IMG/VR virus record: IMGVR_UViG_3300009068_004979
DNA: 64,000 nucleotides
Strand: one strand, 5' to 3'
DNA from: a virus
A program made the position numbers and the translations under genes. The notes beneath the pieces were generated by a model, which did no database searches, was not told where the DNA came from, and saw only the letters and a list, made by a program, of their open reading frames with translations. Shown piece by piece: positions 57,077 to 64,000 of this stretch (position 1 is its first letter; the number at the start of each line of letters is the position of its first letter).

Positions 57077-57307
57077 ATGGCAGTATACTATCCAGACTTC
57101 AATAGTTTTCGCAGAGCACAGCGAAGTGCACTCGACAAAACGAGTAACTATGAAGCAGTAATGAGGAGATTAGGACAAGCACAAGCTGCACAAACTACAA
57201 ATACTGTAGCTGCTAATCCTGTAGATCCAGTTCAGATAACAACGCTCAATGGTGCACAAAACCTAACTACCTTCAGTGGGTCACCATTAGTGGAGCTAGG
57301 AGCATAA
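57077..57307 (+). CDS. Small late protein with VYYPDFNxFRRAQR N-terminal module
   Basis: Shares its N-terminus with 60992..61834; TAAATA 5 nt upstream. Confidence 0.65.
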   Translation: MAVYYPDFNSFRRAQRSALDKTSNYEAVMRRLGQAQAAQTTNTVAANPVDPVQITTLNGAQNLTTFSGSPLVELGA

Positions 57308-57308
57308 C

Positions 57309-60300
57309 ATGGCAACATTTGCAGATTTTAGTTTGAATAATGCACCTGCTAGCGGCAGTTTCATTGTGGGGTACAATGAAGCAGGTACTGCAGAGCAACG
57401 CACCACGATTAAGGACTTGCTCAGCACAGGGCTTGCAGCATATGACATATTTGTATCTCCTGATAATGGCACGGCACTATCAGGTGGTGCTACTTCTGTT
57501 GAAGGGCTGGTAGTGAAGAATGGTAACAATATAGTTGCAGTGTATTCTGATAATTTATATAATAATTTTGCAAACTTATGTGCCAGTACATTGTTTGGTT
57601 ATGGTAATAGTGCGGCATATTTTAATAAAGGCTATGGTTCAGGTGCTAATGTAGGCGCTAGTATAAATGGAGGAAACAACTATGCTAATAGCGCACATAC
57701 TGATATTAATGGAATTAATAATTTTGTACACGGTGATGTGGGTAGAGTATCTGGTGTCTCAAATGTGCTAGGGCATGAAATTGGGTCTGTTGAAGGGGCT
57801 TATAATACTGTTGGCACTCCTTTTGCAATATCAAAAATTCTTTCAGCATCAAATACCATATATGTACATACTACATTTTCAAACTCTTCTCCATATTATA
57901 ATCAATTTTCTTTCAGACCAGGTCAGCTGATACAGATAGATGGCATATTTAACAGTATTGGTAACTCTACTAGTAACAGAGATGGTACACGCTTCACTGT
58001 TGTGTCTTCTGATACAGCATCTAGATCAATTACTGTTGTTGAACCTGTGACAGCAATGCCAACCTATCTAGATGATCAGCCATTTGTTGATCAGAGATAT
58101 GTTGTGGGGGTGCAGGGACGCAACTCTAACAATAATACAAATGTAGCTTGCGCTCATGCTGAAGGAATAGGCAATACAGTTTTTCTTAGAGCTGGTCATG
58201 TTGAAGGAGAAGCCAATGTAGCTACTGGAATCGCTTCTCATGCAGAAAATTTTGGCAATTTTGCTTCATCTTATAGCCACGCTGAAGGTTATGAAAATCG
58301 AGCTGGTTATGGTGTTATGTATTTTGATTCATATAATGCTAGCACCAAAACCTTTCAATTATTCACAAACAAGCTGAGCACATTCAATTCATATGATGTA
58401 TCGAGCTTATCTTTTGGCAATATCGTTTATTTTGTTAATCCTGGTGCTTCAGCTTCTACTAGACGGAAATTCACTAGATTTTTAGTACTTTCAGCAGATC
58501 CTGCACTCAACACAGTGACAGCTTTATCTGCTGTGTATCCTACAGACATATCTAGCTCCGGATCTCTTAATATATCACGAAGTCAACAATTGCTAGTAAG
58601 TGTAGCAAGCTATACTCATGCAGAAGGATATTTTACTAATGCAAGGAGCAGCGGCAGTCATGCAGAAGGCGCAGGTACCATAGCACAAGGAACTTACTCT
58701 CATGCTGCTGGTACACAAGCTACTGCCAAACAAGATTATACATATGCATGGAGTAGTAATGATGGTGCAGGATTTCAAAGCAGCATTAAAAATGTTGAAA
58801 CTACACGCACTGGTCAATACATGGTATCAGCTCATGGTGGCGTTTTCTTGCCAGGTAAAGTGGGCATTGGTACTGATAGCATAGAAAATGCATTAACTGT
58901 AGCTGGTACCATATCTGCTACCAACATAACAGCAGATAACATTTCATACAATGGTGCAGGTTTCAATACATTGCCCACATACAGAACATATCAAATCAAT
59001 CTTGCAGCAAAGAATTCTGCATGGCCTACCATTTCAGCTGCACAATTAGCTGAAACTGGCTATTATGACAGTAATGCCACATATGCCATGCCTGGTGCAC
59101 TTATCATCAAGGGACATGCTCCTGCATATGATAACAGCATAAGAAACTTGCCTGGGTATGGCACATATGGCATGTGGCTGCAAGGTGTAGATCCAATGGA
59201 TCCAGGTAGTACATTTATCAGTGATGGCCGCGCAGCAGTGACTCATGCCATGGCCTTTCGCGCAGGTATTAATAATTTTACAGCTGGATCTGATCACAAT
59301 CACGTGCAATGGCAAGGTGCACCTTCTAACAACACACAACCATGGCAAATGACCAATGGTGGCTCTCTGGGTGTTTACGGTTATGGTAACAACACATATT
59401 CACAAAGATTCCTAGTACACACATTGCCTCAATATCAAATTTCTACCACCATCACAGCTATCAGTGGCAATTTTGATACTAGAAATGCTAACTTGGTAAC
59501 CAATACAGACAAAGTCTCTGGTGTTGTTATCTTGTTGGATGCATATTCTGCGCCAGTGAATTATAATCTGATCACACCTGGTTCTGTAGTAGGTGTTGTT
59601 TTGAACCCAGGTCTAGTAGGGTTGGTTGCAGTTACTTACAATTCACAGTGCACTCAAGTGTCAGCAAATTCTGCAGGGCTAACTGCTTATCAATTTGATT
59701 TCTTTATTGGTCTTGGAACCAACTGGGTGCCAGCTCAAAAAGGCATTCAAACTGTCAATTTAAAATCTCGAGGAGCCAATGGAGGTAACCCTGGTGTGAA
59801 TCTAATCACCAGTCAAATTGGTACTAACGGCAACTCACAGTATGTGGGGCTCACTGGCAATTACAGAGGCATGAACAAACATGCACTGGCTCGATTCACC
59901 ACTGCAAACATTCTAACTGGATTTAAACCTGGTTCACCATTGACATTATGGATACCTACTGCCATGCCATCCACATCACCCATTGGCACAGGCTTCATCA
60001 CATCTGATAAAATTTCTACATTTGCACAAGGCACATTTCCAACAGGCGTGCGCACTGGTTATTTTGATGCCTTTGTTGTCAATGTGAGTGGCACAGACAT
60101 GGAATTTGCATTGTGCAACTTAATGGATTCATACAGCTTTGAAAACAGATTCTGGCCCATATCAGCTACAGGTAACGCTGGCTGGTTGTTGTATGGTGGC
60201 ACACAAGACACTGTGCATCGTCCCACATTTGGTACTGCAGGTTTTTATTTTGAAAGAGAGCCATGGTATTTTGATGAAACAAATTATTTGAGTGGTGGCA

Positions 60301-60896
60301 TGGTCAAGTGTGTGGGGTTGGGTAATTCAGAAGTGTATGGTAATTTCTCATATGGGTTGGGCTTCCGTGGTGCAGTTCTAGGCCAGAAGTCTGGCACATT
60401 TGCTGGTGATTACAATGCAGTGCTTGGTGACAATTCAGTAGCCATTGGTGGCAGCAATCTGGTTTCCATCAGCGGCAATCAAGTGGTTGTAGGCACATTC
60501 AATGATCCCAACACCAATGCATTGTTTGTGGTGGGCAGTGGCAGTTCAGATACCAACAGAAAGAATGCATTTGAAGTCACTGGAGCAGGTGATACCAAGC
60601 AATCAGGCTTTTCAATCAAAAGCTTTGCTCTTGTTTCAGCAGCAGGTAACAATCAAGCCACTGCCACAGAGATAAGAACTGAAATAGTTACAGTTACTGG
60701 TGGTACTGGCGGGGTGAGATTGCCAGCTACTGCAGGTGGCCATGTTATATTTGTGAAAAACCCGAATAATGTATTTACTGTGTATGCACCAGTGGGCGGA
60801 AGCATTCGCAACTATGCTTCAGGTTTTAATTTCAATGGTGGTGAAGGTGCAGCTTATTTTATAGCTCTAAGCGCCAACTGTTACGATATATACTAA
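57309..60896 (+). CDS. Long tail fibre/adhesin with autotransporter-like SHAEG repeats
   Basis: Repeated (S/A)HAEG units; VGIGT; ALFVVGSG...RKNAFEV. Confidence 0.8.
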   Translation: MATFADFSLNNAPASGSFIVGYNEAGTAEQRTTIKDLLSTGLAAYDIFVSPDNGTALSGGATSVEGLVVKNGNNIVAVYSDNLYNNFANLCASTLFGYGNSAAYFNKGYGSGANVGASINGGNNYANSAHTDINGINNFVHGDVGRVSGVSNVLGHEIGSVEGAYNTVGTPFAISKILSASNTIYVHTTFSNSSPYYNQFSFRPGQLIQIDGIFNSIGNSTSNRDGTRFTVVSSDTASRSITVVEPVTAMPTYLDDQPFVDQRYVVGVQGRNSNNNTNVACAHAEGIGNTVFLRAGHVEGEANVATGIASHAENFGNFASSYSHAEGYENRAGYGVMYFDSYNASTKTFQLFTNKLSTFNSYDVSSLSFGNIVYFVNPGASASTRRKFTRFLVLSADPALNTVTALSAVYPTDISSSGSLNISRSQQLLVSVASYTHAEGYFTNARSSGSHAEGAGTIAQGTYSHAAGTQATAKQDYTYAWSSNDGAGFQSSIKNVETTRTGQYMVSAHGGVFLPGKVGIGTDSIENALTVAGTISATNITADNISYNGAGFNTLPTYRTYQINLAAKNSAWPTISAAQLAETGYYDSNATYAMPGALIIKGHAPAYDNSIRNLPGYGTYGMWLQGVDPMDPGSTFISDGRAAVTHAMAFRAGINNFTAGSDHNHVQWQGAPSNNTQPWQMTNGGSLGVYGYGNNTYSQRFLVHTLPQYQISTTITAISGNFDTRNANLVTNTDKVSGVVILLDAYSAPVNYNLITPGSVVGVVLNPGLVGLVAVTYNSQCTQVSANSAGLTAYQFDFFIGLGTNWVPAQKGIQTVNLKSRGANGGNPGVNLITSQIGTNGNSQYVGLTGNYRGMNKHALARFTTANILTGFKPGSPLTLWIPTAMPSTSPIGTGFITSDKISTFAQGTFPTGVRTGYFDAFVVNVSGTDMEFALCNLMDSYSFENRFWPISATGNAGWLLYGGTQDTVHRPTFGTAGFYFEREPWYFDETNYLSGGMVKCVGLGNSEVYGNFSYGLGFRGAVLGQKSGTFAGDYNAVLGDNSVAIGGSNLVSISGNQVVVGTFNDPNTNALFVVGSGSSDTNRKNAFEVTGAGDTKQSGFSIKSFALVSAAGNNQATATEIRTEIVTVTGGTGGVRLPATAGGHVIFVKNPNNVFTVYAPVGGSIRNYASGFNFNGGEGAAYFIALSANCYDIY

Positions 60897-60991
60897 TTTT
60901 TTTTGGCCAAGCGGCCGGCCCCCTATCCTTTAGCTGCGCAGCAGCTGCGCCGGCCCAGTTTGTTTGGAAGTGTGGTGCATTAAGTATATGC

Positions 60992-61834
60992 ATGCCAGTG
61001 TATTATCCTGATTTTAATGGTTTCCGACGTGCACAGAGAAATGCTGTGGACCGTGTGGCTGGATACAAAACTGTGATGCTCAGAAGAGGTGGATCTCTGG
61101 CTGCGCGCAAAGCTTTGCAAGCGCCGTCTGTTCCAGTGAACCCTGCATTAACATACTTCACATACACTGATGGTTCCACATCTACTAGCAATGATGTGAT
61201 CATAACAGAGAGCAGTTATGATACTGCAGAGAGATCTGTGCAATCTGTGGTGGTGGGCACTGCAGTTACTGCCATAGGTGGTACTGCATTCTATCAGAGA
61301 CTGAATCTTGCAACTGTAACCATTCTGCCTGGATGTGCATCCATTGGTCAATTTGCATTTAATACCAGTTCTTTAACTGGCATTACCATGCCTGGCACAG
61401 TGACTAGTATTGGAGAAAGTGCATTTAAATATTGTCCATATTTGCAGAGCATAGACATTGATGCTAGTAATGCTAACTATAGCAGTGACAGTGGTGTGCT
61501 TTTCAACAAGACCAAGACTGAGTTGATACAATATCCTTCTGGCAGGCCAGGCACAACATATGCAATACCTGCTGGTGTGCACACCATACAAACTGCTGCA
61601 TTCTTTCAAGCGATGTTGTTGCAGTCCACCACCATACCTGCCAGTGTAACTACTATTAAAGATAATGCATTTCTCAACGGTGGTGGTAGCAGTCTGATCT
61701 TCTTGGGTAATGCTCCGACTCTTATCGGTTATGCACTTGGACTATTCGGCACAGTCACAGTGTACCGGTGCACCGATGCCACCGGATTTACCAACCCATT
61801 TGGTTTACGCCCAGTGGTAGTGCAATCATGCTAG
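60992..61834 (+). CDS. BspA-type leucine-rich-repeat (LRR_5) late protein
   Basis: VTSIGESAF..C..L..I repeats; GVLFNK.KTELIQYP; F.GNAP. Confidence 0.82.
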   Translation: MPVYYPDFNGFRRAQRNAVDRVAGYKTVMLRRGGSLAARKALQAPSVPVNPALTYFTYTDGSTSTSNDVIITESSYDTAERSVQSVVVGTAVTAIGGTAFYQRLNLATVTILPGCASIGQFAFNTSSLTGITMPGTVTSIGESAFKYCPYLQSIDIDASNANYSSDSGVLFNKTKTELIQYPSGRPGTTYAIPAGVHTIQTAAFFQAMLLQSTTIPASVTTIKDNAFLNGGGSSLIFLGNAPTLIGYALGLFGTVTVYRCTDATGFTNPFGLRPVVVQSC

Positions 61835-61955
61835 TAAAGTAAAAACTCCGTATAACAAGTTCCTAGAATTTTGCAAAAAAATTTTGCCATGCACCTATAG
61901 AGAAAAACCCGCTTGTGCATATATGTATAAATTCCCGTACTTGTGTCTATATGCC

Positions 61956-61990
61956 CGTCAGTGTTTCTGAAACACGTCAGTGATTCTGAA
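61956..61990. repeat. Tandem 16-bp direct repeat with internal dyad
   Basis: CGTCAGTGTTTCTGAA (61956-61971) and CGTCAGTGATTCTGAA (61975-61990). Confidence 0.8.
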
Positions 61991-61998
61991 CCGCGGTG

Positions 61999-62202
61999 TT
62001 ATTTCTGATGAGCAAGATAGTATAGCAACATGCAGCATGCTACAATTACTATCACAGGATGACTATGAGCTTTGTCTATGCACCAATCACACACCTTGCA
62101 TATGCCATTGAATGCAGCCAACAATAGCCATGCAATGACCAATGCTATGCAGACGTTAGTTACGGTCAATGATGTTAACATACCAAGGCAATGGCTTGTC
62201 AC
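61999..62202 (-). CDS. Small two-TM membrane protein (start uncertain)
   Basis: Two hydrophobic stretches. Confidence 0.4.
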   Translation of the reverse strand: MTSHCLGMLTSLTVTNVCIALVIAWLLLAAFNGICKVCDWCIDKAHSHPVIVIVACCMLLYYLAHQK

Positions 62203-62300
62203 AGTAGGTCACAACTGACTGTTGTTCCACATCTCCAAACCATTTGTGCTCACCCTCCACATACTTGTCAATACATTTTCGACGCTGTTCAAAGTACTGT

Positions 62301-62603
62301 TCAGCTGACAAGAGCATCATACCTCCGCATGGCGTCATCAATGCTGGTACACGTCCAAGCTGTGATGCCCCACAAGCTACTTCCTGGATAGGTCTCTGCT
62401 GGCTCAATTGCCATGCCACCCATCACATAGCCATTATGTCTGCCTATCTTAACCACTTCATAGTTGTTCAAGCTCGAGCCTGCTCGAGTCTGTTGAAAGA
62501 TGGCCTTCTTGCCTTCACGCTTCAATTGGGTATATGTGAAGCCTTTCTTTTTGAATTGTGTAGGTATCACTTTGTATTCTGTTCCATCAATTGTTTGTGT
62601 CAT
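62301..62603 (-). CDS. Hypothetical early protein
   Basis: AGGAG RBS and TTGACT-N17-TACAAT upstream; YEV, EAYP-like ETYPG..WG. Confidence 0.65.
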   Translation of the reverse strand: MTQTIDGTEYKVIPTQFKKKGFTYTQLKREGKKAIFQQTRAGSSLNNYEVVKIGRHNGYVMGGMAIEPAETYPGSSLWGITAWTCTSIDDAMRRYDALVS

Positions 62604-62690
62604 ATTATGCTCCTATTGTACGGGTTTAGTAATGCACAGTCAATAACAAACAGAGTATGGCTATCATGATGCTCAATGCAATGTATTCCA

Positions 62691-63377
62691 TTATGCCATC
62701 TCCTCAAGCTCTTTGGCACGTGCATCATGATGCATCACTGCACCCTCTGACACATAGCTCTGCAGCAGATGCTCCACCAGCTCTCGTAGCGTGCCTGACT
62801 CATACTGACCTTCAGCTTCTGAAGCCAAGGTGCCATCAATGGCAATGAACCTCTTGTGATTCTTCTTCACAATGCTCACCCGCTCTTCAGTCACACGGTA
62901 CACATGAAAAGGATTCTTATCACCTTTGCAATACTTGTTCTTGTACTTCTTCACCATGCTAGCAGCCTTCTCATCTAGAGCAGTACGAGCATACCCTTTG
63001 TTCTTCACCTTGTCCACCTTCAGACCAAATGACTCAGCCTTGCTCTTGAAGTGCTTGTTATGATATTGGTTCACATTGCAATCAACGACGTTGGCCACAT
63101 TGTTGGCATAATGCACCATCTCATGAATGATGGTCTCGCAGATGTCTTCTACACTTCTCTTCAAGGTATCAGCAGTAATATTAATCTCAGGCAGGGTCTT
63201 CTTGCCATCTTTCCAGCGTCCTTGCCAATACCATCCATAGTAGCTCTGACGTCCACGGTTAGGAATAAGCGTGAACACTGGATTGTCCAATTGGGTATCG
63301 AGCTCTGCATTGAAGAACTCAAATGCTTCTACTAGTTTGTCTGTTACTGCGCCTGTGATGTTGGTTGTGTTACTCAT
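62691..63377 (-). CDS. SprT-like zinc metalloprotease
   Basis: TIIHEMVH...YHNKHFK..AE..GL. Confidence 0.85.
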   Translation of the reverse strand: MSNTTNITGAVTDKLVEAFEFFNAELDTQLDNPVFTLIPNRGRQSYYGWYWQGRWKDGKKTLPEINITADTLKRSVEDICETIIHEMVHYANNVANVVDCNVNQYHNKHFKSKAESFGLKVDKVKNKGYARTALDEKAASMVKKYKNKYCKGDKNPFHVYRVTEERVSIVKKNHKRFIAIDGTLASEAEGQYESGTLRELVEHLLQSYVSEGAVMHHDARAKELEEMA

Positions 63378-63573
63378 TGATTAGTGTCTCCTTGTTGGTT
63401 GTATTATGGCTGATTTCATCGCGTTGCGCAAGCATAGCGTCAGCGTATCGGTATGCTTGTGCTGCTATCCACTTGGGCACAGGTGTGCCTTGGTTCATTA
63501 AGCTCTGCATGGCCAGTGCTGCGAAGATGTCTCGCAACTCACCACGTGCATCAAATTCGTGTTTGTGCTTCAT
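63370..63573 (-). CDS. Small conserved phage protein
   Basis: LRDIFAALAMQ...AY..ADAML..R. Confidence 0.7.
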   Translation of the reverse strand: MKHKHEFDARGELRDIFAALAMQSLMNQGTPVPKWIAAQAYRYADAMLAQRDEISHNTTNKETLINE

Positions 63574-63574
63574 G

Positions 63575-63784
63575 TTAGATTTTGTAAGGGTATGTGATGG
63601 TGTTGAGCTTGTTGATCACAGTCTCCACTTCATTCATCAATTCATCTTTGCTGTACAGAGGACGATTGAGATCATCAAACGTTAACTCCACCATGCGTTT
63701 CAGACCAAGCAGCTTGCCAATGGCACTGCCAACGGTATATGCTGTGGTCTCCTCACCTGCTGCTGCTACATCATGTAATGTCAT
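63575..63784 (-). CDS. Hypothetical protein (start uncertain)
   Basis: Co-oriented ORF in the early block. Confidence 0.45.
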   Translation of the reverse strand: MTLHDVAAAGEETTAYTVGSAIGKLLGLKRMVELTFDDLNRPLYSKDELMNEVETVINKLNTITYPYKI

Positions 63785-63819
63785 ATTCGTTAGTATAATG
63801 GAAGTTGGGGTTAAAGCAA

Positions 63820-63933
63820 CTACCAAATGCTCTTCCAGATGAGATAAGTCACACCAGCATACAATGCTAGTGCTACAAGGTTAGCTAACACGTTCAATAA
63901 GAATTGAATAAACTTATCAGGCCCCTCGTTCAT
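63820..63933 (-). CDS. 37-aa single-TM peptide, not in the ORF track
   Basis: MNEGPDKFIQFLLNVLANLVALALYAGVTYLIWKSIW; AAGGAG 7 nt upstream. Confidence 0.45.
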   Translation of the reverse strand: MNEGPDKFIQFLLNVLANLVALALYAGVTYLIWKSIW

Positions 63934-64000
63934 CTTCTATCTCCTTCCAGAATTCAGCTAATAGCTTCTCTTGCAACAGCTTCTGTTCCTTTTGTTGCAA

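Noticed and set aside
1386-63842. Many short antisense or alternate-frame ORFs in the track (e.g. 14323-14691, 38241-38666, 39828-40283, 47128-47550)
   Set aside because: Shadows of well-supported genes, with no motifs or promoter signals
1-64000. Stop-codon reassignment, introns or inteins
   Set aside because: Conserved genes are full length in the standard code, end in TAA, TGA and TAG, and show no intein or intron insertions

Overview
This is a 64-kb, AT-rich, gene-dense segment of a large T4-like (myovirus-type) bacteriophage read in the standard genetic code. Two small genes weakly suggest a Verrucomicrobia/PVC host. All family calls are from motif recognition, not database searches. 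Core T4-like modules: gp46 (partial), gp47, late sigma gp55, UvsW, UvsY, gp62, a GroES-like co-chaperonin, a DinG-like helicase, gp15, portal gp20, neck gp13, gp4, protease gp21, scaffold gp22, major capsid gp23, a gp5-like hub, tail fibres and a lysozyme. Accessory content: (i) a 7-deazaguanine pathway (folE, queD, queE, queF) with a tightly coupled operon of a DpdA-like transglycosylase, PurN-like formyltransferase, GMP reductase, DUF1599-like protein, nucleotide kinase and QueF, predicting formyl-preQ1 DNA and possibly nucleotide-pool-level substitution; (ii) a 12-kb glycan island with a B12 radical SAM enzyme and a split TPP enzyme; (iii) an LCIB-type carbonic anhydrase; (iv) many late genes with capsid-targeting-like N-termini. 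The most striking sequence-level observations are an 85-aa protein that copies 21/24 residues of the capsid N-arm with largely different synonymous codons, a shared ~30-aa N-terminal module on two late proteins, and promoters placed 5-8 nt before start codons, implying leaderless mRNAs. No tRNA, rRNA, CRISPR array, intron or intein was recognised.
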